Of a stretch of DNA of 29,109 nucleotides, positions 8,758 to 17,833 are shown piece by piece (the first letter of the stretch is position 1; the number at the start of each line of letters is the position of its first letter). The notes under the pieces were generated by a model that was not told where the DNA came from, searched no databases, and saw only the letters and a list, made by a program, of their open reading frames with translations. The stretch lies in IMG/VR virus record IMGVR_UViG_3300020042_005458, positions 1-29,109 of that record. One strand, written 5' to 3'. The position numbers were made by a program, and so were the translations under genes. Source of the DNA: a virus. Taxonomy: Duplodnaviria; Caudoviricetes.

Positions 8758-9009
8758 ATGAAGATTAACCTACGCATTGAGTTCGCTAATGGCGAGTCAA
8801 AATCTATTACTGCTATCGCTGGCGACATGGTTGCCTTTGAGAGAGAGTTTGAGATTTCGATTGCATCTTTGGAGAAGGAAGCTAAGCTCACTCATCTTCT
8901 TTACCTTGCTTGGGCTTCTGAGAATCGCCGTAAAGAGACTGCCAAACCGTTTACCGAATGGGTGAATGATGTGGCTGGTATCGAATTTGGTGACGCAGAC
9001 CCAAAATAA
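8758..9009 (+). CDS. Tail assembly chaperone (gpG-like)
   Basis: Follows the major tail gene and ends ..DADPK at slippery site C CCA AAA. Confidence 0.85.
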   Translation: MKINLRIEFANGESKSITAIAGDMVAFEREFEISIASLEKEAKLTHLLYLAWASENRRKETAKPFTEWVNDVAGIEFGDADPK

Positions 9010-9155
9010 AGGGGCTGGGCGAAAGTTCAGCACACTGGTATATCGCAACACTAGCTGTGGAGTCAGGTATCAGCCCTACGGAGTTGATGCAACTTGATGA
9101 ACGTATGTTGTGGACTATTGGTAGATATCTAGTTTCTAGGAATCAACAACAGTGA
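9000..9155 (+). CDS. -1 frameshift extension of the tail chaperone (gpGT-like)
   Basis: Heptamer CCCAAAA at 9000-9006. The -1 frame reads IKGLGESSAHWYIATLAVESGISPTELMQLDERMLWTIGRYLVSRNQQQ to TGA 9153-55. Confidence 0.85.
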   Translation, partial: PKIKGLGESSAHWYIATLAVESGISPTELMQLDERMLWTIGRYLVSRNQQQ

Positions 9156-9157
9156 TA

Positions 9158-9190
9158 GAGACCCCTGGCTTCGGCTGGGGGTTTCTTATT
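9158..9190 (+). terminator. Terminator with cUUCGg tetraloop
   Basis: GAGACCCCTGGC-TTCG-GCTGGGGGTTTC followed by TTATT. Confidence 0.75.
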
Positions 9191-9224
9191 GCTGATAGAA
9201 TAGGCTTTTAGGTGGTGATTCCAG

Positions 9225-9836
9225 TTGGCTTTGAAAGCTGTTGTTAGTTTTACGGACTATAAACGTCTTATTGATGTTATGAAACAAATTGACCCTAAGT
9301 TGGTTAAGTCGTTGCGTAAAGAGTTTCGCCGTATCGGTAACCCTGTTGTAAAAGGCATCAAAGCGCAAATTCCTTCACAAGCACCTTTGTCTGGCATGGT
9401 CACTAAAGTTGGTCGTTTGTCTTGGTCTTTGACCATGAACCAGAGTCGGGATATTAAGTCTGTTGTTATTCGTGACAGAAAACGTGCTCCGCGAAGCAAA
9501 TACCCTATTGTTGGTTTGGTGCAAGCTCTTGTTCGTGCTGCGCCTGTGGCTTTGGCTGATATGTCGGGGCGCAGTAATGCTTATGTAAACAGTAAAGATG
9601 AAACTCGTGAATACGATTACACTGGCCCTCAAAAAGGTAAGCCTGCAGGTCAGTTGGGTAGACGTAAACACAAGATTCGTAATCAGGGTCGTCACATGAT
9701 TGACAGACTCGGTGGTAAAGGTTCTAGGTTTGTTTATCCTGGTGCTGAAACTTCGTTGCCACAAGCTAAGGCTGAAATGCAGGTCGCTGTGAACAATGCT
9801 GTCAATAATGTTAATCAGATGTTGAGGAAGGTCTAA
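9225..9836 (+). CDS. Basic tail or neck protein, HK97 gp10-like
   Basis: Basic and helical, with C-terminal RFVYPG; coupled to the tape measure gene; AGGTGG upstream of TTG. Confidence 0.6.
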   Translation: MALKAVVSFTDYKRLIDVMKQIDPKLVKSLRKEFRRIGNPVVKGIKAQIPSQAPLSGMVTKVGRLSWSLTMNQSRDIKSVVIRDRKRAPRSKYPIVGLVQALVRAAPVALADMSGRSNAYVNSKDETREYDYTGPQKGKPAGQLGRRKHKIRNQGRHMIDRLGGKGSRFVYPGAETSLPQAKAEMQVAVNNAVNNVNQMLRKV

Positions 9837-11920
9837 TGGCTAGTCCAATTAAAGTAAATATTCTTACTGGCTTTGAGGATAAGGGCGTTAAAGATGCTAT
9901 GCAGGCTCTTCGCGGGCTTGGTGCTGGTTTCAAGAACATCGCTAAACAACTTGTTGGGGCTTATGTAGGTTTTCAAGGTTTTGCCAAAGGCGTTCAGTTC
10001 ATTAAAAGCTCTTTGGATGCGTCTCGTGATTTGCAACGTAACTTGGCTGGTCTAAGCACAATTTTTGCGCAAGCTACACCTGAAATGAGAGCCTTTGCTG
10101 AGGCTGGCGTTCAAATGGGTATGTCTACGGCTGAAGCTGCTAAGGCTACTACGTTTATTGGTTCTGTAATGAAGCAGTCTGGCTTTGCTATGGAAGATAA
10201 CATCAAGTTCACTAAGATTCTGGTTTCTTTGGGTGCTGACCTGGCAGCTACTTATGGTTATGACGTTCAAGAAGCTTTGACTGGTATGACGGCTTTGTTC
10301 CGTGGTGAGTATGACCCGATTGAAAAGTTCGGTGTTGCTATCAAGCAGGCTCAGGTTAATACTTTGTTAGCTGAAGAAGGTATGTCGAACCTTACTGGAA
10401 CTTACAAGTTACAGGCTCAACAGTTGGCTCGTATGATGCTTTTGTTTAAGGCTACTGAGGATGTTCAAGGTGCTTTTAGTCGTCAAACTAACACTTTGGC
10501 TGTAGCGCAACAACAGTTGGCTGCCACTTTTACGAACCTTCAAGCATCTGTTGGAAATAACTTGATTGGCCCTATGACTGGCCTAGTTGTTCTTTTGCAA
10601 AATTTGACTTTCCAGATTGGCCCTTCTTTAGGGAACTTGTTTACTGCTCTTGGGGTTGGTGCAGTAGGGTTAGGGGGTAGTGCGGCTGATGCAGCTAAAC
10701 AAATAACTGAACTGATAGACCAACTAACAACTTTAGTTAAAATTGCTACCCCAATATTTGGTTTCTTAATAGATGTGATGTCTGATTTTGGTGCTTCAAT
10801 CGTGCTTGCCATTATTACTTTCAAAACATTAAAGGGTGTTATAACAGGATTTGGTACGGCTGTTGTCGCTCTGAACACCATTTTGACCGCAAATGCTGTT
10901 CGCTCAGCAGCAGCAGCAGCAGCAGCAGGTGGTTTGGCTGCGGCTACCACTGGTGCTATTGCACCCACCGCTACTTTAGGTGCGACTTTGGCAGCTATGC
11001 CGTGGGCTGCTGTTGCTATAGGTATTGCTGCTGTTGGTACTGGCCTAGTCTTGTTAGGTGGCAGTTTTGTTCAGGCTATGGATAAAGCGAAACCTGCAGG
11101 TGAAGCTATTGGTGATTTTAGGGACAGGATTGATGAAACTGGCAACGTCAGTGCTTATGGTACGGCATTGTTTAGTTTGTCAAATAACTTTGGCACTTTA
11201 TCTAAATCTGCTAGAGAAGCAATTCGCGCTACTACTGTTTTTGGTATGCAACGAATGGATAATAGTGAAATTTTTACTCGCACGGATGCCAATAACAAAA
11301 AAACTTATAAGCCAGCTAAGGTGGTTACTCCTCTTACTGAGTCGCAGAAAGCTTTTGCTGAGTATAAAAAACAACTTCAAGAGTTAGGTTTGCTTGGCGG
11401 TTCTAATGCGCTTGGAAACAAGGCTGCTAAGGCTTTGGCTGACCCGTTCAAAAAACTTGTTACATCTATTCAAGATGACATGAAAAAAGTTCAAGACTCT
11501 ATTGTTAGTGCTTTTGATATCACTAACATGGGCACTAAAGGCGGTTCTATTAGTCGTAACATTGATAAGTTTATGGTTAAGTTGCGTGAGTTTTCTGGTT
11601 ACATTAAGACTTTGCGTGAAAAGGGTTTGTCGGGTGATTTGTTGCAACAGTTGGCTATGGCTGGCCCTGAGAAAGGTTTGGCTGCAGCGAAAGCGTTTGC
11701 TGGTGACCAAAGCCTTATCAACCAGGCTAATGCTGCTTATGGCGAGTTAGGCACTACTGCTACCGCTATTGCTGGTAACGTTGTTCAGGCGAAGGCTGCA
11801 CCTGTGTATAACATTAATGTTAATGCTGGCATTGGAGATAAGAAGACTATTGGTATGGCTGTTGTTGAGGCTATTAAATCTTATGAGCGAACAAATGGAA
11901 AGGTTTTTAAGAGTGCGTAA
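9836..11920 (+). CDS. Tape measure protein
   Basis: Long Ala/Gly/Leu-rich helical protein with GADLAATYG..GEYDPIEKFGV, hydrophobic central segments and a C-terminal YNINVNAG. Confidence 0.92.
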   Translation: MASPIKVNILTGFEDKGVKDAMQALRGLGAGFKNIAKQLVGAYVGFQGFAKGVQFIKSSLDASRDLQRNLAGLSTIFAQATPEMRAFAEAGVQMGMSTAEAAKATTFIGSVMKQSGFAMEDNIKFTKILVSLGADLAATYGYDVQEALTGMTALFRGEYDPIEKFGVAIKQAQVNTLLAEEGMSNLTGTYKLQAQQLARMMLLFKATEDVQGAFSRQTNTLAVAQQQLAATFTNLQASVGNNLIGPMTGLVVLLQNLTFQIGPSLGNLFTALGVGAVGLGGSAADAAKQITELIDQLTTLVKIATPIFGFLIDVMSDFGASIVLAIITFKTLKGVITGFGTAVVALNTILTANAVRSAAAAAAAGGLAAATTGAIAPTATLGATLAAMPWAAVAIGIAAVGTGLVLLGGSFVQAMDKAKPAGEAIGDFRDRIDETGNVSAYGTALFSLSNNFGTLSKSAREAIRATTVFGMQRMDNSEIFTRTDANNKKTYKPAKVVTPLTESQKAFAEYKKQLQELGLLGGSNALGNKAAKALADPFKKLVTSIQDDMKKVQDSIVSAFDITNMGTKGGSISRNIDKFMVKLREFSGYIKTLREKGLSGDLLQQLAMAGPEKGLAAAKAFAGDQSLINQANAAYGELGTTATAIAGNVVQAKAAPVYNINVNAGIGDKKTIGMAVVEAIKSYERTNGKVFKSA

Positions 11921-13677
11921 TGGCTAAACCTACGACAGTTATCTCTTTTGCTTACGGTTTGAATCTTTATGGCGAACCTGACTGGAAAGACATTACCAGT
12001 TATGTAAAAAGTTTTAACATTAGTCGCGGTAAGTCTACGGAGCTTGATTCTTATTCAACTGGTACTGCTAATGTTGTTTTAGATAACCGTTCTCGCGCTT
12101 TTGAGCCAGGGTTTGCTGCTTCACCTTTTTATGAGCTTATTGAGCCTTACGGCAAATTAAAGATTGTTACTTCTGATTATTCTGATTTTGTTGGGGTAAT
12201 TGATAATTGGTCTTTTAGTTATGCAGAAAAAGGCATAGACGCTACCGCCGAGATTCGTGCTAGTGATAATTTGGCGACTTTGGCTCAAAACGTTTTGACG
12301 GAACAAACTTTTGGTGCTCAAGTTTCTGGTTCTCGCATTAAAGATGTTTTGTATGGCACTGACGTTTACTACACTGAACCTACTTGTATTAGTCAAGGCA
12401 CTAGAGGTATAACTGATGACACTGTTGCTGAGGGCACTAATGTTTTAGAGTATTTGCAAAAAGTGGCTGCTAATGATGGTGGCCTTTTTTATGCTAGACG
12501 TGATGGTGTTATTGCTTTTGAAGATAGTGCTTTTGTCAATACTGGCGGTTTGACTACTGTTAGAAAAAATCTCGTTAAAAATTCAAATTTTGCTATTGCG
12601 CCTACCGCTAACTGGTCTGGCGGTGCAAGGTTTACTAGCTGGTTTTTTGAAGGCACTCACTCTTATGGAAACAGCTCTAGTTACAATCTTGATTACACTG
12701 AAATAAGTGCAACTAAATATTTGACCAACACTCCTTATTATGTAAGTTTTTATATTAGAAGTTTGGTTGCTCAAAGTATGGTTATTTATGGCTTTATGGG
12801 GAAAGATAATGGCGGTGGGTTATTAATTCCTAATTCAGATAATCGTGTTTATCAGAATGTAACAATGGCTGCTGGCGAAGTTCGCAGAATTGATTTAGGT
12901 AATGTTATATCAACTCAACCTACTGATGGCATAACTTTTGGGGTTACTCTTGATTCTGGTGTAGCTGCTACTGGCACAATTTTTATTGATTGTGCTTTGG
13001 TAGAAAACACAATCAAGTTAGACACTTATTTTGATGGTGGGTCTACGATTACGCCACCGTCTTATCAAACCTATACTTTTAGCTTTGAGGGAGCTGCTAA
13101 CAACTCAACAAGTCTTTGGGAAACTTCTGTCAGCACAATCGTTGATTATACGAGTTACACAATTGTTTGTGATTCTAATTTTGCAGGAATCCAGTTTTAC
13201 GATATTGCTATGACTTACGATTCAGACAAACTTTATAACAGTATTAAAGTTATTGGGGCTTATGAGTCTGATGTTGCTGATGAAGAGTCGCAAGCTAAAT
13301 ACGGTTTGAAAGAGCTTGCCATTACTGACGCAATTTTAAATACACAAGCAGATAACGACTCTTTGGCCCAATTTTTGTTGTCGCTTTACCGTATTCCTAA
13401 TTATCGTGCGGAGTCTATTGTTTTGCCAATACATAAATTTTCTGTGGATGACCAAAATACTGTGCTTAATATGGATTTGTTATCTTTTATAAAGTTAAAG
13501 TTCAAGCCTGGTAATTCTGGTGCTACTTTGGAGAAAAACTATCAAGTTATTGGGGTTGCTCACGAGGTTAGCTTGGAAGAGCATATGATTGTGTTAAGAG
13601 TTTCTTCTTTAGATAATTATGGTTTGGTTTTGAGTAATCAGCTTCTTGGAAATTTAGACAGTAATAGGTTGGTGTAA
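11920..13677 (+). CDS. Minor tail (hub/baseplate) protein with an inserted carbohydrate-binding-like domain
   Basis: Follows TMP. WKDITSYV..ISRG..G...VLDN N-terminus; central RKNLVKNSNF...YFDG beta-rich insert. Confidence 0.75.
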   Translation: MAKPTTVISFAYGLNLYGEPDWKDITSYVKSFNISRGKSTELDSYSTGTANVVLDNRSRAFEPGFAASPFYELIEPYGKLKIVTSDYSDFVGVIDNWSFSYAEKGIDATAEIRASDNLATLAQNVLTEQTFGAQVSGSRIKDVLYGTDVYYTEPTCISQGTRGITDDTVAEGTNVLEYLQKVAANDGGLFYARRDGVIAFEDSAFVNTGGLTTVRKNLVKNSNFAIAPTANWSGGARFTSWFFEGTHSYGNSSSYNLDYTEISATKYLTNTPYYVSFYIRSLVAQSMVIYGFMGKDNGGGLLIPNSDNRVYQNVTMAAGEVRRIDLGNVISTQPTDGITFGVTLDSGVAATGTIFIDCALVENTIKLDTYFDGGSTITPPSYQTYTFSFEGAANNSTSLWETSVSTIVDYTSYTIVCDSNFAGIQFYDIAMTYDSDKLYNSIKVIGAYESDVADEESQAKYGLKELAITDAILNTQADNDSLAQFLLSLYRIPNYRAESIVLPIHKFSVDDQNTVLNMDLLSFIKLKFKPGNSGATLEKNYQVIGVAHEVSLEEHMIVLRVSSLDNYGLVLSNQLLGNLDSNRLV

Positions 13678-13679
13678 TT

Positions 13680-14216
13680 ATGGCGAAGAAAACGTTTGTA
13701 TCTGGTGAGTTGCTTTACGCATCTGATGTAAATACTTATTTGATGAATCAGGCAGTGATGGTGTTTGCTGATGCAGCTACTAGAACGGCTGCTATCACTT
13801 CACCTAGTGAGGGTATGGTCACTTATCTAAGTGATGTAAATAACTTTAATGTTTATGATGGTGCGTCTTGGTTGGCGTTTGCTGGGGCAAGCACTAGCTT
13901 CCCTAACCAGAATGTGATTACTTCTGGTGGTTATGCTCGGCCTACACCTTTTGCTATGGCTGTGGCTTCGGCAAGCATTACAGGTAACGGTACGATTAAC
14001 TTGCCTGCTAACCGTTTTAGTGTGACTCCTTCTATTTTGGCTACAATTATTTCTGGTACTAGCACTCGTACTAGCGTCACTGTGGGTACGATTACTTTGT
14101 CGGCTGGCGTGTATTCTATTCCTGTTTATGTTTGGACGGGTGCTACGGCGGCTACTGCTGCAGCTACGGTGCACATTCAGGGTATTCAAATGACTTCGGC
14201 ATCAGCGACAGGATAA
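13680..14216 (+). CDS. Minor tail / tail fibre protein
   Basis: F..GE.L.ASDVNTYLMNQ..FADAATR..AI..PSEGMVTYL..YDG..W N-terminal module; Thr/Ser-rich C-terminus. Confidence 0.75.
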   Translation: MAKKTFVSGELLYASDVNTYLMNQAVMVFADAATRTAAITSPSEGMVTYLSDVNNFNVYDGASWLAFAGASTSFPNQNVITSGGYARPTPFAMAVASASITGNGTINLPANRFSVTPSILATIISGTSTRTSVTVGTITLSAGVYSIPVYVWTGATAATAAATVHIQGIQMTSASATG

Positions 14217-14218
14217 TT

Positions 14219-14353
14219 ATGAAAATCAAATGTGAAACTATTGACTGCCCTAACGAGGGTGTTGTTGTAGATGTGTTTATTGCCCCTGACATGAACCAGG
14301 TTGTGTTTTGTTGTTGTGGCACTGTGTTTGAGGAATCGAATGTCTCAGAGTAG
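14219..14353 (+). CDS. Small Cys-rich protein (44 aa), zinc-ribbon-like
   Basis: MKIKCETIDCPNEG...VFCCCGT; starts 2 nt after the tail fibre stop. Confidence 0.6.
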   Translation: MKIKCETIDCPNEGVVVDVFIAPDMNQVVFCCCGTVFEESNVSE

Positions 14354-14594
14354 TGAACCAACCCCGCACGTCAAAGTTACGATTAACGATTTGTATCGTG
14401 AGCAGCAGGAAACTAATAAGTTACTAATCCAGTTGGCTTCGGAGTTGAAGTCTATGTCTGATTTGCCTGCGCGGGTTACAGCGTTGGAGATTGTGTCTGC
14501 TGAACGGGCTTGGATTCCTCGTTTGTTGTGGTCTGCGATGATTGCTGGTGTTATTGGTTTTGTTACGTCTCTTTACACTATTTTGAAAGGTTAG
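14340..14594 (+). CDS. Coiled-coil membrane protein with C-terminal TM (lysis-associated)
   Basis: GAGG before ATG 14340; heptad region followed by LLWSAMIAGVIGFVTSLYTIL; directly upstream of the endolysin. Confidence 0.65.
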   Translation: MSQSSEPTPHVKVTINDLYREQQETNKLLIQLASELKSMSDLPARVTALEIVSAERAWIPRLLWSAMIAGVIGFVTSLYTILKG

Positions 14595-14596
14595 TT

Positions 14597-15379
14597 GTGT
14601 CTAAGTCTCAGTATCCTTTGGATGGTAAGCCTGGTAAGTCTTGGAAGGTTACATCAAAATTTGGTTGGCGTATTCACCCGATTAAAAAAACTAAGAAGCA
14701 TCATAATGGTGTGGACATTTGGAAGGGTGGCGAACCAACATATTTGGAAGCTTGTTTTAATGGCAAGGTTGTTGGTGTTTCAACTTCGGTAGACCCTAAT
14801 GGTGGTGGCAACAAGGTTGTTGTGCAGTCTGTTGTGATGGGTAAGAAAGTTACTTGGACTTATTTTCACATGGTTGCTGGGTCTATTAAGGTAAAAGTGG
14901 GTCAGCGTATTGAGGCTGGCACTGTTGTTGGCAAGATGGGTGCTACTGGGTTTGCTACTGGTAAGCATTTGCATTGGGAGATTTGGGCTGGGCATTTGAA
15001 GTCGCAACCTTTGGCTGGTTTTGCTACGGGTAAAGGTTTTTATGACCCGATGAAGTTTACGGCTTCGGTTATTGCGTTTGAGGCTGCTGAGGCGGCTGCA
15101 CCTTTGGCTACTGCTGACGATGCTCCTGTTGAGGTTATGCCTGCTCACAGTGTTGCCCCTGAAACCCCGTCTAAGCCTGTTGTAGCCTCTTTTAAGGCAA
15201 TCAGGGTTGGTTCTAAGGGTGCTGATGTTAAGACTGTTCAGAAGGCTGTGGGGGCTGTTGCTGATGGTGTTTTTGGCCCTAAGTCTGAAACTGCTGTGAA
15301 AGTTTGGCAGAAAAAAGTTGGTCTTCCTGTCACTGGTATCATTGATAGTGTTGCTTGGTTAAAGATTGTAGGAAAATAA
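14597..15379 (+). CDS. Endolysin: M23 peptidase plus C-terminal peptidoglycan-binding domain
   Basis: HNGVD (HxxxD), YFHM and TGKHLHWE (HxH); C-terminal GSKGADVKTVQ..DGVFGPKSE.AVK.WQ..GL.VTGI. GAAAGG before GTG 14597. Confidence 0.93.
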   Translation: MSKSQYPLDGKPGKSWKVTSKFGWRIHPIKKTKKHHNGVDIWKGGEPTYLEACFNGKVVGVSTSVDPNGGGNKVVVQSVVMGKKVTWTYFHMVAGSIKVKVGQRIEAGTVVGKMGATGFATGKHLHWEIWAGHLKSQPLAGFATGKGFYDPMKFTASVIAFEAAEAAAPLATADDAPVEVMPAHSVAPETPSKPVVASFKAIRVGSKGADVKTVQKAVGAVADGVFGPKSETAVKVWQKKVGLPVTGIIDSVAWLKIVGK

Positions 15380-15660
15380 TGAAAGAACGTATAAAGCTAG
15401 TCTTTTATATTGTTGGCGACCTTGTTTGGCGTGGTTTCGGGGTGTTCCTGTTTATTGTTGGTGGTGCAGCTGGTTCAGGTGCGCTTATTACTGGTGACCC
15501 GTTTACAGGTATTTTGATTGCTTGGTCTACCCTAATGTTGGGTATTATTGGTGCTGTCGGTTACGCTATTGCGGTGACTGGCAAAGTTTCTCGTAAAGAT
15601 GTTGCAAGAGCTACTCAGGATGCTGTGCAAAAGTTTCAAGAGGACACACAAAAGAAGTAA
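15379..15660 (+). CDS. Putative holin (two TM segments)
   Basis: Two hydrophobic segments and a charged C-terminus; TAATG overlap with the endolysin stop. Confidence 0.7.
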   Translation: MKERIKLVFYIVGDLVWRGFGVFLFIVGGAAGSGALITGDPFTGILIAWSTLMLGIIGAVGYAIAVTGKVSRKDVARATQDAVQKFQEDTQKK

Positions 15661-15678
15661 TTTATTGTTTGCAACAAT

Positions 15679-15710
15679 GACCCGCCAGGATTTCGGTTTT
15701 GGCGGGTTTT
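15679..15710. terminator. Terminator between convergent holin and whiB genes
   Basis: GACCCGCCAGGAT-TTCG-GTTTTGGCGGGTT followed by TT. Confidence 0.8.
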
Positions 15711-15711
15711 A

Positions 15712-15990
15712 CTATCTGCCTCGTCTAATGTTGTTGATTTCGGTGATTGTTTGGCCGCCCCACATCATCGCGGTTGCGTTTGATTTCAGGCCGTAGTCGA
15801 AACATTCTTTTATGGCTGGGCATACTGCACATTTGCTTTTTGCTAATTCGATTACTCGCATACGGGTTCGGTAGTCGTCATACATTTCTGGGTCAAACAA
15901 GTTTGGGTCTTCGTAAAAGCAGGGAATGTCGGCTTCGTGTGTGTCTAACATCTGATTGAGCTTGAGGCGGGCTTTTTCAACTCGGTTCAT
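15712..15990 (-). CDS. whiB: WhiB-family Fe-S transcription factor
   Basis: PC..DPNLF, AKSKCAVCPAIKEC (four Cys) and a WGG turn. Confidence 0.88.
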   Translation of the reverse strand: MNRVEKARLKLNQMLDTHEADIPCFYEDPNLFDPEMYDDYRTRMRVIELAKSKCAVCPAIKECFDYGLKSNATAMMWGGQTITEINNIRRGR

Positions 15991-16069
15991 CGTTATCTTT
16001 CTGTTACATTTTTTTTTGTAAATTGTCTGACCATTTGTGTATAGTTATGACGTTACCAACTGCGGTAAC
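15991..16069 (+). promoter_or_regulatory. Divergent control region: GTTAT-N6-GTTAC box, sigma-70-like promoter and GTTAC-N8-GTAAC palindrome
   Basis: Box at 15992-16007; TTGTAA 16016-21 with TGTG-TATAGT (-10 at 16040-45); palindrome at 16052-69. Confidence 0.6.
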
Positions 16070-16091
16070 TGAAAAGCAAATCGGAGTAAAA

Positions 16092-16991
16092 ATGGAAATT
16101 GTTAGTAAAGCTACCTGTTTGGGTGTGTTTGAGTCTGGTAGCCCTGAGTGGCATCAGCAACGTGCTGTGGGTATTGGTGGGTCTGAGATTTCAACTATTT
16201 GTGGGTTGAATCGTTGGGAGTCTGCTTATACTTTGTGGGCTAAAAAGACTGGTCGTATTAGTGGCGAGTTGAAGCAGAGCGAACCGATGTTTTGGGGGTC
16301 TCGTTTGGAGTCTGTAATTTTGGATGAGTTCGCAGCCCGTAACCCGAATCTTAGTGTTGAGGTGAACCCTGGCACTTGGCATGGTAAAAACATTTGGGAA
16401 ATCGCTAACCCTGATGCTGTGTTTGTTGATGAAAATGGTGATTTTGGTGTTGTTGAGGTCAAGACTGCTGCTTATGCGGATGACTGGAACTTGCCTGCTG
16501 AGGGTGTGCGTGGCACAGCTCAGGATGTTCCTCGTTACTATTTGACTCAGGTTCAATGGTATTTGCGTATCATGGGCTTTGACCGTGCTGTGGTTGTCGC
16601 TTTGTTTAGTGGCAATAAGTATCGTGAGTTCGATGTGCCAGCAGACAAGTTCCAGCAGATAGCCGATTTTGAGTTGGCGGAACACTTTTGGAATCTGGTT
16701 CAGGACGATGCGCAACCTGACTGGGATGGTTCTACATCTACTTATGACACTGTTCGTGCTTTGCACCCTGACATTGACGATTCTGATTATGAGTTGGCTG
16801 AGTTGGGTTCTGCGTATGTTCACGCTTTGGAAGCACAAGCTTTGACCGATGAAACTGTGACTCGTATAAAGTCTATGATTTTAGATAACATGGGTATGGC
16901 TAAACGTGGTTTAGTAAATGGTGAAGTTGTTGTAAAACGTCAGGCTGGCCGTAATGGTGCAGCTCCGTATCTAGTGAAGGTAAGTAAGTAA
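16092..16991 (+). CDS. YqaJ-like viral recombinase exonuclease (lambda Exo/RecE-type)
   Basis: EW..QR..GIGGSE, WGSRLE, ANPD, EVKT and YY.QVQWY. GGAG RBS before ATG 16092. Confidence 0.92.
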   Translation: MEIVSKATCLGVFESGSPEWHQQRAVGIGGSEISTICGLNRWESAYTLWAKKTGRISGELKQSEPMFWGSRLESVILDEFAARNPNLSVEVNPGTWHGKNIWEIANPDAVFVDENGDFGVVEVKTAAYADDWNLPAEGVRGTAQDVPRYYLTQVQWYLRIMGFDRAVVVALFSGNKYREFDVPADKFQQIADFELAEHFWNLVQDDAQPDWDGSTSTYDTVRALHPDIDDSDYELAELGSAYVHALEAQALTDETVTRIKSMILDNMGMAKRGLVNGEVVVKRQAGRNGAAPYLVKVSK

Positions 16992-16992
16992 A

Positions 16993-17499
16993 ATGGCTAA
17001 GTTCGATTTAAATGCGTATGAGACTGTTGATTCTCGTATCAAACGATTTATGAAGGATTATGAAGATGGAAGAATTACGACAGAGATTGTTGCTATGGAT
17101 GGCGACATTGGTAAAACTCGTTGGGTGGTCAAAGCTTCGATTTACCGTTATTTGCATGAAACTACGCCGTCCGCTACGGGCTATGCGTTTGAGGTGGACG
17201 GAACTGGTATGGCAAATCAGACGAGTGCTCTTGAAAATGCGGAAAGTTCCGCTCGTGGACGTGGCTTACAGGCTCTTGGCTACACTGGTGCTAAGTCTCC
17301 TTCTCGTGAAGAAATGGAGAAAGTTCAGCGGGCTGACAAGTCGGCAGGCGAGGCACAAGTGGATTGGTTAGCGGAAGCTGCTAAATGTAAAACTAAGGAA
17401 GAGTTTAGGTTCTTGTGGACAAAGGCTCGTTCTTTGAACGCTGATGCAGAAGTTTTGATGAAGATTCAGGAGTTGGCTGATGCAGTTTCAGACACCTGA
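16993..17499 (+). CDS. Putative single-strand annealing protein (Sak/Rad52-like)
   Basis: Adjacent to the YqaJ exonuclease; YETVDSRI, ATGYAFE and ALENAESSARGRGL motifs. Confidence 0.65.
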   Translation: MAKFDLNAYETVDSRIKRFMKDYEDGRITTEIVAMDGDIGKTRWVVKASIYRYLHETTPSATGYAFEVDGTGMANQTSALENAESSARGRGLQALGYTGAKSPSREEMEKVQRADKSAGEAQVDWLAEAAKCKTKEEFRFLWTKARSLNADAEVLMKIQELADAVSDT

Positions 17500-17833
17500 T
17501 TCGATTATTCAGGACTTGGTGTCTATCCGAACCGAGTCGTCTAAGGGTGTTGATGCGTTGTTTGCTGCGGAAGAAGAAGTGGCAGAGTTGCGTATGAAGT
17601 ATGACACTGCCAGGTCTCGTGCCTTGTTAGATGCTAAGGGTACTGTGGTAGACCGTGAGGCTTTGGCTTGTTTGGCTACTGAGGCTGATAAGTTGGCTTT
17701 GGATATTTCGGTTGCTAAGTTGAGTCGTGTTAAAGCGAAGTTGCGTGTTTTGCAGGATGCGCAGACTAATATTCAGACACAGGCTCGTATGGTTGAGCTG
17801 ACTTATAAGACGGCAGGAGTAGGTGAACGATGA
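17480..17833 (+). CDS. Hypothetical coiled-coil protein
   Basis: Heptad-rich helical sequence; overlaps neighbours in the operon. Confidence 0.7.
   Translation: MQFQTPDSIIQDLVSIRTESSKGVDALFAAEEEVAELRMKYDTARSRALLDAKGTVVDREALACLATEADKLALDISVAKLSRVKAKLRVLQDAQTNIQTQARMVELTYKTAGVGER

Noticed and set aside
10900-10930. GCA trinucleotide run as a phase-variation locus
   Set aside because: It is an in-frame poly-Ala stretch in an Ala-rich tape measure protein; slippage would not alter the frame.
14510-14596. Cys/Trp-rich N-terminal extension of the endolysin as a SAR or signal domain
   Set aside because: It overlaps the upstream membrane gene in another frame, and the RBS supports GTG 14597. Similar over-extended starts were trimmed at 3730, 4974, 7272, 16023, 24882, 25628, 26481 and 27098.
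16191-16838. Long minus-strand ORFs (also 7440..7949, 10540..10968, 21234..21701, 22909..23433)
   Set aside because: These are antisense shadows of well-supported plus-strand genes, with no motifs or RBS.
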